Origin: Rotaria socialis
Taxonomy: Eukaryota
Length of the DNA stretch: 64,000 nucleotides
Reading direction: 5' to 3'
Assembly (NCBI GenBank): GCA_905331295.1
Contig: CAJNYD010000062.1
Span: 434,001 to 498,000 of the forward strand
The translations under genes were made by a program, and so were the position numbers. Of this stretch, positions 40,282-54,100 are shown piece after piece (position 1 is the first letter of the stretch; every line of letters starts with the position of its first letter). The notes below the pieces were generated by a model. That model made no database searches. It saw only the letters and a program-made list of their open reading frames with translations, and was not told the DNA's origin.

Positions 40282-43200
40282 TCAAGAATCGTTAAATGAT
40301 GATGTACTACCAGATAGAAGACGTTGTGTATCATTAATAAATCGTTGTGAACTATGCCAGAAACCATAAAAACCATAGATGAGAAAACCTAATTAAACGG
40401 AAATAGATTTTTTTAGTCTCGAATGAAAAATTTTCGTTAAATATCATACCCAGAAACATCCATACACCAAATCGGATCCATGTTGCTGGTGATAATTTGA
40501 GAATTAAATAAGTATTAATAAGTATACTCAATATAGGTACATATGGTACACAAGGAGTCTATTAAAAAAATATCAATTAGGCGATATAAATTCAAATTGA
40601 TAACGAACTTGAAAATAAATTGATTTTTGATTTTTTGGTTGCGCTGCAATCGCAATAATAAACAAAATTTCTGTTATAAGAAAAATTATTAAAACAATTA
40701 TCGCCGTTGGATCTTTATTAGCGATATGATGTCCAGCAAATATTTGTATTGCACAAAGAATAAAACCATTAATAGCTGTAATTATAAGAGAATAATTTAA
40801 TGAGTTACAAAAAAGAACTTACTTAAACAAGTTATAAGATATTTAGTTAATTTTGCTGATAAGAATGTTGGACGACGTCCGGACGGTTTAAACAATTGCC
40901 TATACACTGATAGAGAAGCGAATTCATCATTTGGTAATAATGGATCGTCAACTGGTTGATAACTTTGAAATAAAAGAAGAAATGAGGTCTTCTTCAGTGT
41001 TCTTAACAATATCGTTGAAATAGGATCATGGTTTATATGCAATACCAAGGGAAAACGACTAATATTTCTGGCTGTAATAGCCAAAATCAAAAGATATACT
41101 TTCGAGTATTGGTTATTCTACGTAAAAGCTATCGTGTTAATTATTTTTCTAACATAGCAGTAAAAATTCCTAAGTTTTAGTCATCAATACTGGTAGCATC
41201 AAGCTACTTTTATCCCTTGACAAACGATCGTTATTCAAATGTACACATTCTAAAAAGATATATGATTTATTTTTATATTCCAACAGTAACAACAGCAGGG
41301 ATTTAGCTCATACTACTGAAACTAAAAAAAGGGAGTATTTTACGCTGGAGTTCTTTTTTTGTTTACCGTAAAAATAGAACAGATATTGATACGAGTGAAT
41401 AAGCAAGTAAAGTTCCAATTGACATCATTTCAACTAATTTCTTTAAATCAAATATTAACGCCATTATTGCTAGAAGAAAACAAGTTGCATAAATATCAAA
41501 ATAATTGGTTTGATGCTTTTTCTTCTACTATACCTGATACAATACCGCCAAGAATTGTTGCTATCATTGGTGTTTGTAAACGTGGATGTATCCAAGCTAT
41601 AAAACGAAATATTAAACCATCCGATGCTATTGCATATAATACACGTGGTAACGGTAAAAGTGAACCAAGTAATGACGCAAAAATGCCTAGAAATTAATTA
41701 TAACAGCTGCAAAAACCAAAAGATTGTTAAAATAATTTGAACAAACCTGTTAATGCACCAACGCCGACGACATATTTCAATGCTGACAAATGAACATACT
41801 GAAAAGCTTCAGGTAAAACAGCATCAGGATTGATTAGATAATATGGAACCTGAATAAAGAAAATCGAGTGAATTTATTTTAGTATTGTGATCTGTCCACA
41901 TATTTTGCAGGCTTCAAAATTAAAGTGAAGCATCTTACCATTAAAGTAATAACAATCGATACTGAACAATAAACTATTGAGCAAATAAGTAATGTAAAAC
42001 AAATAGACATTGGAATAGCTCGTTGTGGATTTTTAGTCTCTTCACCTATGATATACAAAAGAAAAGAACTATTGTAATCGAAATTAAATGAAATTTACCA
42101 GTTGTTGCAACAAGATCAAAACCAACAAATGCATAGAAACAGGTTGCAGCACCAGCTAATGTTCCTTCAATACCAAATGGAAAAAAACCACCACTACCGA
42201 TGGTTCCTGTAGTATTGGTTATATTCTTTATCTGGTAAATATTTAAAATAAAGTGAGTTCCAAAATCAGTTTCTATTTTAGAACAAGACATACTTCAGCT
42301 GGCGAAATATCCCAATTATGTAAATGAGCTTTAGTTAAACCAGCAATAACAACAATCGCAATAACAGTAAGATTAATACCGGTGAAAACATTATTTAATA
42401 ACGCTGATTCTTTAATACCGATGACCAATAGAACTACAACAGATGCAATTAGTATTAGTTAGAAATTTTGATTTTCTTTTTGTTTTCACTTACCGGTTAT
42501 AAGAAGACATAAACTCATGGCAAACAAATCAGCATATTCAGAAAATGTTCCCGCATGTAATGGTAAATATTTTATAAAAAATGTTTTCATTTGAAAACCA
42601 ATAAGAGAATCCAAATAACCACTTAATGCTCGTGATGTACTTGCGGCACCTAAAAAGAGTGTTAATCAACTTCTTCTGTTTACAAAAATAGTATAAGAGC
42701 AAAACAATCTGCTACTAAGCGATCAATCTGATACCTTCAGTAAGAGGTAAAAATACTATATAGCAGAATCTAATATATAGCTGTTCTTTTTTATTATTGA
42801 CCTACTTTATCGATACATTATCTTTTTTCGTTCTGTAGGAACGAATACTAAATTCGAAGGAGAAAATCTATGTTTAAAAGATAATGATCATAAGAAACGA
42901 ATCTATTACAAGTGTAGTAAATGAAGGCAAGACTCACAGGAAACTTATAGAAAAGACTTAAAACTGAAAATCTAGTTAATTATGACTCATGAGTCAATGG
43001 CAAAAGTATAACAATGAAAATGAATGATCTTAATCTATGAAGTAGTAATGCTTCTGCCCTATTAATGAATATGTTTTCATACTAACATACCTATAACATA
43101 TTCTAAAATCATGTTCCAACCTAAATAAAGAAACGTAAAAATCTAATCATACAATCGAAATTGAATGAAATTTCCTACCAATAATAAATGCCATAATTTC

Positions 43201-43571
43201 TCCTACACTAACATATGTATATGTATATGCACTTCCAGCTCGTGGTGCTCGTGCACCGAATTCAGCATAACACAGTCCGGCAAGAACCGAAGCAATAGCC
43301 GCAATAAGAAAACTAAGAATAACCGATGGTCCAGCAGTTTCATGAGCTACTTGACCCGTAAGAATATAAGTACCTGTTCCAAGTGTTGACCCAATACCTA
43401 AATGAAAATCAATCATGGATTCAAAGAACAATTTTAAAAAAAATTCTAACCCAAAATAATAAGGTCGAATACAGTTAAACATCGTTTTAATTCAGAAACA
43501 TGTAATTCATCGGTTGCATAAGTTTTCTTTCGTGTTAAATTATCATAGAACCGGTAGACGGTACTTGTCAT
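40282..43571 (-). CDS. Cationic amino acid transporter (SLC7A1-4/CAT family)
   Basis: LTRKK...[113 protein letters not shown]; many short introns. Confidence 0.93.
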
Positions 43572-44396
43572 TTTTCTTGTTGAATTATTTGCTTTAAATG
43601 AATAACGAAGCTATAAAAACCATAAATACGTCAATAATACACTATTTGGTACCACTCTCTGTCTGATAAGCGAATGGATAAAAGTACTCTTATCAATAAA
43701 TACAAATGCAATTCACATGAGAAAAAAACAGAAACTTATCAAATACACGAACCAATCACACGTCCAATCATTTCCAAGCTACATGTTTATCTATAAGCCA
43801 AATAGAAAAACTAGAAAAAGATGGCGTTGCAGATTTTTATCTCACTTCAAAGTTATTTTACATTGAAGTTAAATATAATTCTTATCATAATTTTGAATAT
43901 TGTACACACTTTCTTCTTCTCTCTATCATATGTTTTAACCAGAATGTGGATATGCTCTGACAGGTGTGTTATATATCATTGCTAAATAATCATCGAACTT
44001 CAAATAAGTAGTACCGAAATTTGCTACGGCTGGCCCACAATGATCTATGATTGAAATGTAAATAGTTTGTATCACTATCTTCACAAGATCTTTATCTTAT
44101 TCTGATGTTATATTTGAACTATTTACCGATGTACATTGTTGCTAGCGACAATTTGATTTGTTATTGTCTGTTTCATACAAGCAGTTTTTATTTAGAAAAT
44201 TGCGAACTCTGAAACATAACAGATAACAAAAATGATTCTACTTTAATTGTTCTATTTATTTTATGCGTACTCATCTGATTGAATGATGAATCATGTCTTG
44301 TCATTGGTCATCTTCTCATTTGCCAATCCAACTCTCTGTTTTGTTGTAGAAAAAAACTAGTGGATTAAAATTCAAAATAGTCTTGTTATATTTCAG

Positions 44397-46838
44397 ATGG
44401 CACCCGTCGGGGCTCGTCATTTTTCTCAATCAATAAATCGATATGGAAGTGGCCGAGATTATCGATCGCATATGCGTTTTGATGATCGACCTCGACGTGA
44501 CAATCGTTATGAAGTATGACTATAATTATATAATAATAAAAAGAAAATGAAACTAATGTTTTTTTTTGTATGAACTTATAGAAAAAACGACGTAGCAATT
44601 CTCGATCTGATCAAAGACGACGAGATGATACTCGACGTTCTTATTCGAAATCATCGGCAAGTAAAAAACGACGAATAGTAGATAGCGATGAAGAATATAA
44701 TGATTTATTAAAAGAAGAAAATGATCCAGATAAAAAATTTCGTTTAACATTAAAAAGACAAAATGCTATCATTAAAAAAACATTAGCAAAATCAGTATGT
44801 ATTTTTAATCACTTACATATAGTTAATAGGATTATATTTATTTTAGTTTGGTCTAAGTACATCTAGTCTGTCAAAATTATTAGTCGATCAATGTGATGAA
44901 GCTATACGAGATTCAATTTTATCAAAATCGAAGTACGTTGAAATCCTCTAATTGATATATTTCAATGCAAATAGTCTGTTGTCAATATTCGTATTCTAAG
45001 ATAGAACATGCTATATTCTCTATTTTAGAACAGAATTCGAACGTAAATTAACTGACGACACTGAACCAATTCAAACATCACGTGTTGTCACTGATGAAGT
45101 AGAAAATACAGTTTTGTTTTATTGAAAGTAAATGATTTTTCTTAATAGGTTCATTTATGTGATGAAATATCTCGATTAGATAATGATGAACTTGATGAAG
45201 TATGTAATAAAGTAACTTGATAAATTACTATACAAAATGTTTTCGTCTACCAAAGGCACCCAATAATGATTATAGTCAACAATTTGTAAATATTGGCCAA
45301 AGACCGCAAAATTATATTCGTGATGCTGGTTTGATTCTTTATTTTGTTCAATGAATTTCTCTGTTTCATTATTGTTTAAATAGGTCTTCAAAATCGTTTT
45401 GAAGAATATCCAAAATTACGAGAATTAATTCGTCTTAAAGATGAATATATTGAGAAAACAAATTGTCCACCAATGTATATAAGTTGTGATTTATTAGCAA
45501 ATAATTTGACTTTACCATCATTGGAATGTGAATTCGATGTTATTCTTGTTGAACCACCATTAGAAGAATATAAACGAAAAAGTGGAATTCATTTTGATCG
45601 TTATGTTACATGGGATGAAGTAAATAGAATCATGCTCTATAAGCTATGAATGAATTATTTTTCATTAAATAATAGGTAATAAACTTGAACGTCGAATCAG
45701 TAGCTGCACAGCGATCATTTGTTTTTCTATGGTGTGGCTCAGCCGAAGGTTTAGATCAAGGAAGAGCAGTAAGAATGGAATAAGAAAAAACAAACTTATG
45801 AATTAAAAATATAATTTAGTGTTTGAAAAAATGGGGTTTTCGACGATGTGAAGATATTTGTTGGGTTAAAACAAATAGAAAAAACCCACGATCAGCTTTA
45901 ACATTTGAATCTGGTTCGATTTTTCAACGAACAAAAGTAAGTTTTGCGAATTTAGTAAATCACGTGTTTTACTAGTGTAGAGTTTGATACATTTATGTTT
46001 CTATAGCTATGAACATTGTATAAGAAAACCTCATGTTTGTTTTTTCAATTCAAAGGAACACTGTCTAATGGGCATTCGTGGTACAGTCCGTCGATCAGTG
46101 GATTCTGACTTCATACATGCAAATGTTGATATTGATTTAATCATTACTGAAGAACCAGAATGGGGCGATCCAACTAAGCCCCTTGAATTATATCATATCA
46201 TTGAACATTTTTGTTTGGGTCGTCGTCGCCTTCATTTGTTTGCACGTGAAGCAACAATCAGACGTGGTTGGTTATCGATTGGTTCTGAAATTTGTACATC
46301 AAAATTTGATAAACGTATATATAAATCATATTTCGAAACACCAGTAATACAAGTTGAAAATCTTATTGAACGTATTGAACAACTTCGACCTAAATCACCA
46401 CCACCAAAAGGTCTCAAAGCACCGCCAGGAGCGACAGTGACAACAACATCAAATTCGAATCAAAATTCATCAGCAACTCAACAAGCTATTCTATCAACAG
46501 CGCCATCGTCATCGAATAAAGACATGTTACCATCATCTGTTTTACAAGATGGTCAACAAGCAATACGTTCAACCATAACTAGCAATCGTCAATCATCATC
46601 ACGTGCAGTTCGCCCACATTGGGGCTTATACACTGATGATATGCCTCCCAATGTATATCCACCTATGATGCTTTCACCAACGCGTCATGGTTATCCAGCA
46701 CCGTATTCTGATTTACATCTATTATCTGAATATGACTTCGCTATAGCTGGAGGAAATAGCAGTCAAAATGACTATGATACATACTATGGCCATAATAATG
46801 TTGAACAAAAAGATGACAGAACTAATTTTCGTAATTAA
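44397..46838 (+). CDS. METTL14: m6A methyltransferase non-catalytic subunit METTL14
   Basis: [129 protein letters not shown]. Confidence 0.95.
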
Positions 46839-47605
46839 TTTCGTTTTTATTTCGAAATAAAATTCTTACTTTGTACAGATTATCACTTTCAACAGTGTAC
46901 TCTCATTTCAATGTTGTTCTAATTACAGAATTGTATGGTAATAAAGATAGCTGTATCTTTTTTCTTATTTGCTTTTTGGAATCAATATCTCATGAAAAAA
47001 ATTCTCTTAGCCTTAATAGTAACAGAAATAATTGTCAGATTGAAGAATAATAGAAAATGTTGTTTACAAGAATCTAATGTTAGTATGTATTCACTCCATG
47101 AAAATAAAAATTTTATAGTTAAACAGTTATAAAAAGGCATGTCTATTAAAGAAAACGTTATTCATGAGTAAAAATAGGACTCCCACTCGTAAAGGATATA
47201 TCAATATTGGTTATAAAACGGAATCTGCACCCATGTCGCACATTTCTTGTCACTATCACCGATGTACCGCGGTACTCATAATAACCGGCGGTAGCGCTTA
47301 TAAGCTCCAGTTCCAGCGAAAAAGGCTTCCAGAAATCGGTTTTGTCAAATCCCAATTTAGTTCGTAAAAATAATTCGAATTAATCGAAAACAAAACTATA
47401 TTAGAATATATTTTCCGAATTATTATTTTCACAGCGAAATCTTTAATAAAATATTTTTCTCATAAATGGGACTGATTTTAGATCTGTGGCTCCTGCAGCA
47501 TCCTGCATATGGGTCAGGTACATCGACATTATCAGACTGCACCGAATTCAACACGATTCTGCCGGTTTGAATAGCCGTAAAAAATATTCAGTCATTTCTA
47601 TACTA

Positions 47606-48657
47606 CCCAGGTCGACCAAAAGGGATATCGTTTACGGTCCGTTTTCCGCGGGAATCGGCAACGGGAATCCCTGTGAGACTTCAGGAACAGAATCACGGGA
47701 ACGGGAACGATCCTAAAAATTTCCGTTCCCGAAAAGCTGTTTGTTCTATTTCTATATGCACTAAAATTTATTCATGTAACAGCGTTTTATCTTCAACAAT
47801 TATTTAAGTATATCATTAACAAAAAATAATAACAAATACCTATCAACAAAAATTACACAAATTCATTCGTTGTTCATTAGATCATACATTATGATAGTCA
47901 CCATTTTCTTTCACATTATCATCATCGAAAGTGCAATCATCAAGATCATCCTTCAGCATAGTAATATCATCTTCTTCTTTTGAATCTTTTGCTTTTTTTG
48001 TTGATGTTGCCGATGTGCAACTAGTTACTCTTTTTCTTAACTGTTCAACTGAGGGTGGAAACAATTCTCGTAATGTTGATAAGTTTTGACGTATAAATAA
48101 TAATTGATTTACTTAAGTTGTTTGCAAACGTGTACGACGAATTGTTATTGTATTTCCACTGTCAGAAAAAAGACGTTCTACAGATGTATTAGTTACCGGA
48201 ATACACAGTACACGTTGAGCTATTGTAGCCAATGTAGGGTAAACTAATTTATTATTATTCCAATATATTAAAACATTCATGTCTTTGTCTAGTTTTTCTG
48301 GTCTTCAACATATCTGTCAAATTTGGATGAAGAAAATGAAATATTAATAGAAGGCATGAAGCTCTTGTGGGAACGGAAAACTGGAACCGAAAAAGTCGTT
48401 CCTGCAGGACTCTAGTAAACGGTAGCAAAACGACATCTTTACGGCAGTAAACTGTCCGCATTTTCCCGTAGTACTGGATGCAGTAATACGGCACTGTAAA
48501 CGATACCGTATTTTCGCTGTATACGGTCGTATATACGCCGGATTCTCATTACGAAACGGCCGTATTCCTGCATCCAGTATCATGACCGTATACGGGCCGT
48601 TTCGATACCGTTTTTCACCGTAAACGGCCGTATACTGACCGTATTTTGTGGCATGGG
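47606..48657. mobile_element. CpG-rich MITE (CCCAGG...CATGGG ends, TA flanks) with a nested hAT fragment
   Basis: ta|cccaggtcgacc at the left end, gtggcatggg|ta at the right; internal inverted repeat tactggatgcagtaatacggc / gccgtattcctgcatccagta; many tacgg/ccgta motifs. Confidence 0.5.
47882..48265 (-). mobile_element. hAT transposase C-terminal dimerisation domain relic
   Basis: YWNNNKLVYPTLATIAQRVLCIPVTNTSVERLFSDSGNTITIRRTRLQTT*VNQLLFIRQN, with an in-frame stop; gggaacgggaacg subterminal repeats at ~47660-47730. Confidence 0.85.
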
Positions 48658-48659
48658 TA

Positions 48660-49173
48660 TACCAAAGGGTGCATCACTTCGGGCTCTGACAACATTGGAA
48701 TTTTTCTTGGATATGATAATTTCTTTTTTGGTAATACAACAACCTATTCAATTAGCTTCAAGCTAGTGTGCATAGTCATAGGTGATTTCAATAACTACAA
48801 CAGACTGAATATTGTCGCCGGCAATTATGAATATGAAAGTGTGGGTGTTTTTCTAAGATATAGCTACGACTCGTTCACTAATCAAATGACATATCCAACG
48901 GGTACGGGTTCTTATCCATATTCTGTTGTTGTTAGTGACTTTAACAATGACACTGCACTGGACATTGTTGTCGTTAATGAAGACACCAATAATGTTGGTG
49001 TATTCCTCGGATATGGTAGTGGCACATTCTCAATTATGATACTATTTTCTATGGGTTACGGATCCCGAGCATTCTCCGCTGTGGCTGGTGATTTTAACGC
49101 TGATACAAAATTGAATTTAGTCGTAGCAAATGATGGCACTGACAATTTATATGTTTTCTGACAAACTTGCTAA
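48660..49173 (+). pseudogene. FG-GAP/VCBS repeat protein 3' fragment
   Basis: Repeats GDFNNYNRLNIVAGN, SDFNNDTALDIVVVN, GDFNADTKLNLVVAN; 5' end cut by the MITE; ends VF*QTC*, consistent with a premature stop. Confidence 0.75.
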
Positions 49174-49781
49174 TATGAAGCGTCATCCTATTGTTTTGTT
49201 TTATAATTTAGTTGACTTGCTTTGAGCTACTTTTATTTATTCTTTTAAGTGTTGAATGGTTTCTTTTTTTTTGAAGGTTTAAAGATGAGATTCTATAATA
49301 ATCAAATCCATTTCTTTAACATTCTCTGAAGAATCATATAAAGATAGAATCTTTAAATTGATCGACGCTCTAGATAAGACGCGTTTTCGTATGGACTTCC
49401 AAATCAAATTCAGAACAATTAAATGCCTTTTCATCTATTGCGTAAGAGGATTGAGCAAATAGTTCTTTTGCCCAGTTTTGGCTATAGAAAATTCGATCAA
49501 AACAAGATTATAGTGTCTTTTCTAAGTCATTATTTAGAATCTTAGTGATAAGCCGATTTTTTGGGCTATAGAGATCCGCGTAGGATCTTGACATTTACAT
49601 TAAAATTGGGGTGCGGATGTGGTATTACTGCGCTCTTACCCACATTATATCTCCGATGTTATCAAATAACGATGTTAGAAAAAAATTTTTTGTTTTTATT
49701 TCCGATCGGATTAGGTCTTTTTATTATTGAACTATCGGAATAGCATAAATCGAGCTCATGTGCGCTTTCTTTCTTCTATGT

Positions 49782-51187
49782 TCAAAGTCGAATCATTTTC
49801 CATTTTTGATTAGGAGTTTTTACATCTTGCCACAATTGTAACTGCACACCGGCATTGATTGAATTTGCAGGAACTGATACTAACCTGCCGCTACTACCTG
49901 GTACATTAAATGACTGAACACTGACGAGTTGCACTACATCAGGAGTTTCACCTACTGCTTCATTTATTTTCCACAGCTGACTATTGCCAGAATTATAGGG
50001 TCGTTGAATCAAGAGAGTTCCATCAATAGGCCAGTAGTTAGCGTCTAGTGCTTGACGACTATGAGCTACTATTATGCGATATTGCCCGTGACCCGCATAT
50101 TGAACATGCCATTTCTAAAACATAGAAACAATAAAGTAGAAATTCTCAACGAAAATAGAATAGTAAAGGAGAAGTTTGAGCCAATGTTTGGAAATTTTAG
50201 AAATTCAAAAGATTTCTTTTTTTACAACTCTACTTTGGATGCTGACATATGGTTTTTCGTTGTTTAATCAGTGTTTCATTAGAATCAACTCACTTGCCAG
50301 TCTCCATCAATGTCATACCACTGTAAAATTCGTGCTCCAGGAGCATTGGATGCACTGTCGATCTCCATCAAGAGACCCGTTTGAACATTCTGAATTTTAT
50401 AAAAACCATCGTACTTTGGTTGCCACATGTCAATCCAATCGATGCTCATAATCGAAGGATACGCTCGTGGATTGACAGGAGTTTCTTTTGATTTGCCACC
50501 TACGCCCAATCCAATTACCAAACACATATTATCAACTTGTCGTAATTCTTTCGATTTGATAATTGTTTTCACCCATCCATCGTCATAGTACCATGTCATT
50601 TGATCATAACCCCAATCCACTCCAAATCGATGTAAACCATTGCTTGTTGGTCTATTTTCTGCTCTTTCACTTACCTCTTCTACACCACCTTGATCATTCG
50701 TATATTTGAATCCATAGTTATAACGTGATCGCGCATCAACTACTTCCATTACTGTGATCATTGGTACTGTGTTCTGATCTTGTGCCACAAGGAATACCGA
50801 TGGCCAAGTACTTTGCAGGTCGGGTGCTCGCAACTGTACTTCAACATAGCCGTTTTTTATACAAAATTTTCCGTTTGTATTCAGTGCACCCGAAGTGAAG
50901 TCTATGTCAATTGGGCCGAATTCAGTGGATATGCCGAGATTGATTGATCGTTCGGGTATAGCAGTAATATTCAGTAGACCATCTGGCGTAACTTTGACTT
51001 GACGAGGAATGGTGTTGGCTCGATGGTTTGAGTAGGAACCCCATGGATATCCATAATTCCAAATAGTAGTGTTGAGCGGAGGTGAATCAAAGGTTTCTCG
51101 AAACGTACGAGCAAGACCATCGGTAGGATGACCATCACTGGATGAAGATAGCAGAAAAAAAGCGAATAGTACCAGCATTATTGTCAT
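49782..51187 (-). CDS. Secreted GH16 (beta-1,3-glucanase/laminarinase-like) domain plus ricin B/CBM13 lectin domain; catalytic motif degenerate
   Basis: Signal peptide MTIMLVLFAFFLLSSSSDG; GH16 motifs FTSGALNTNGKF, GYVEV, TWPSVFL, HRFGVDW...WYYDD, MSIDWIDMWQ; one intron 50293-50115; three QxW repeats (QKW, QLW, QKW). Confidence 0.88.
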
Positions 51188-51592
51188 GAGAATCTGGCGT
51201 ACAAACGAACAAATAATAAGAATGAATATAAAGAAAGAAACACGCACGCGCTTTAGAATGTAATGAGAAACAAAACCATATGCGTTTATTTTGATTATAT
51301 CTATATATATATATACCTATATGAATGATTTGGTTGCGCAGCGTCGATTTTGAAAACGATAGTGTGGTTTCAACAGATTAGAATATTTAAAAAATATACT
51401 GACATTATGAAATAAGATTCGATGCCAAAATAACTTAGAGAAATATCAGTTGTCTTGCAGCGATGAATCATGGATTGAAGTCAAGTGCAATGTTCGTTGA
51501 TTTCATTGGTCATGAGACTCAAACTAGACAAAGCTATTTCAACGATAATTGACATATTAGAAGTGGCTGATTCGATGGATTCGATCGCGCCT

Positions 51593-52321
51593 CACTAGTC
51601 GACGATCTTGCCTTCGATCTGTGCAGATTCTTGTCTGATGTTTGTTTCTTGCCATTTTGACAAAATCCTTGTAATACAAATGAATTTCATTTAGGCATCC
51701 ATACGATTACCTCCTTTCGATCTTATTATATTTGAATTTTGAATTTAAAAAAATACAAAAAAGTACATTATATGTGCAAGGAAATATACAATAAATTCAT
51801 ATCGTGTGTAAAAACAATTAAAAAAAAGAAACGAAAAACAATTGAACAAAACTATCTATTTATAAAATACATTTGTTATAGTTCGTCAACGTCATCTAGA
51901 AAAAGAAGATATAATGTTCAAACTTCTGTATGTTTCTAAATTATATATACAGAAAACATCACGTGATATTTTTCCTTAAGATGTAATAAAAATCGTTGAA
52001 AGAACAAGAAAAAAGAAACTTATCTGAATTTCAAGAAATTTGAAATGTCTTGCACTTCATTCCAGATTCGTATTTTCCTGATGAATCAGACAAAATTCTT
52101 TGTGAGAGGAAAGAAACAAGATTCTTGCCTGTATTTCAAAAAATCTTGAATATCTTGCCATTCTTGCCTGATTCTTATTTATCTGATCAATCAAACAAGA
52201 TTGTGTTTTTCTTGAATAAAAGGTAAGAATCTTGCCTGAATATTATGATTACCAAGAATCTTGTCTGATATTCAAAAAAACAAGAATCTGGACAAAAAAA
52301 AGATAAGATCGTCGACTAGTG
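51593..52321. mobile_element. Non-autonomous element with CACTA-type terminal inverted repeats
   Basis: CACTAGTCGACGATCTT ... AAGATCGTCGACTAGTG; interior rich in (A)TCTTG/CAAGA subrepeats; no clean TSD. Confidence 0.75.
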
Positions 52322-52972
52322 TTCTTTGTCAAATAAACTATAAGTGGATTGAAACAATAGCGCTAGATGCATGAGAGTGAGGATAAATCGTTCTTTGAGC
52401 CTGACTGAATCAATTATGACAATGGTGATAACGAAGCGAGAAACATATCAGCTGAATGTGATCATTTTATTTCAAGTCGAAGGCTTATCAAATGGAAACA
52501 ACAAAACTATTACTTAATCACTGCCATAAAAGGATCTTTGAGTAAATGCCAAGATTTCAATGACCACATTCCTTCATACACGTTCATTCAGTTCAACAGA
52601 CATAGTGATAAACAGCTTCAATTAATACAAAGACGAGTTCATACACTAGCAACACAGTAAACTCAGTCTTCTTTCTTTCACCACTGGATTATGTTCTTGA
52701 AGTATCTTTCTATTTAATTGTACATTTCATGGTTTTTAGCACTAATAAATCGAATAATTGTAAAATATATCAAAAACAAAGACTCTTCAAACATTGCAAG
52801 GCATTTGCTGCTTCACGTAGTATTACACTCAGAATTTTGCATCAAATGGCTTCACCAGAATCCCGTAAACGATAATCGACGTTGAATACGCTCGGATGCT
52901 TCTACTCCAACTACCTGAACCTAAGATGAATGTCTATTCAAACTGAACATGAAATGGGAAAAGTTTAGTGCA

Positions 52973-53653
52973 CGCCCTAGTCGAACATCTTGTAAGCAAG
53001 ATCTGGGAATCTTGGGATCGGTAAGTAAGATCTTATTAAGATCTTAAAAAGATAATTTGTATGTTCATATCTTGGTTGTATCAGATAAATCTGTACTTAA
53101 GATCTTGGCAAGATCATGGAAAAAATATCGTCTACTATTATCTTTCGATAAGATCTTGAGCGAAACAGAAAGCGACATCATTAGTGTATTTACATGCTCT
53201 CTAGTCATTCACCGTTTTTTAAATGCACACACAGCTGTATATAAACAGCATGATTGAACATATGAAATACAAATTTTCAAATTTTTTTTTTCTCAACTAT
53301 TTCTCGATTATTCGAGAGAATGCTGATCTCGATCGATGATCGAGAGAGGACTTCCCTAATTGGTCCGCCTGATATCGGACCAATTTATAGCCAGTTAGAT
53401 CCCAACATCTGACTTGTTGGAATTCGGGAGAGGAATAATTAAAATGAAAATAAATTGAAAAAATATTAAAGAATGCAGCACGTATTATTTTAGTGTGCAT
53501 CCAAGATTTAAGGGATTCTTATGTAAGATCTGTAATTAGATCTTGGGCACAAGATAATACAGTTATCTTGTACCTAAATTTTCAAGATCTGTTAACATAT
53601 CTGTACCTTGTATCTTGACCAAGATCTTGCTTACAAGATGTTTGTCTAGGGCG
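52973..53653. mobile_element. MITE with ~30-bp TIRs and AGATCT subrepeats
   Basis: cgccctagtcgaacatcttgtaagcaagatct ... agatcttgcttacaagatgtttgtctagggcg. Confidence 0.8.
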
Positions 53654-54100
53654 TATCTGTTCGTTCATCAATATGGTTGAATCACAAGCATCGTTTGAAA
53701 CAGACTGGAACCAACGAGCGAGGATAAGATATATCGAGAGAAAAGTTCATAGCTAGGAGACTGTTTTACACGAAACTAAAATCTATTTCTTTTTTTTTTA
53801 TAGAAATTGAGTTTCAAATCGACGCGAGTCGACGCCTATAATGCATCGCTTCTTTCCTTCAAGTGTGAATTAGAACCAACAAGCGACTGTGAATGAATCC
53901 AATTCGTACAAATTTTCCATCTGTTTCTTTTTTGCATTTTATTGATCAGTTCGTTGGTAGACCAAAAGTGAAGAAAGCAATCATCAGAAAAATTCAAGCT
54001 ACAACAAAAGGCTGAGTTGTCAAAAGCTTTCAAAAATGAAGTATTCACACAATTCGACTGATCATAGAACATTTGAACGATCACTTATGTCAATGATTGA

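Noticed and set aside
38262..46838. RRP8 and METTL14 as an RNA adenine-methylation gene cluster
   Set aside because: They act on different substrates in different complexes and are separated by an unrelated transporter; coincidence is sufficient without synteny evidence.
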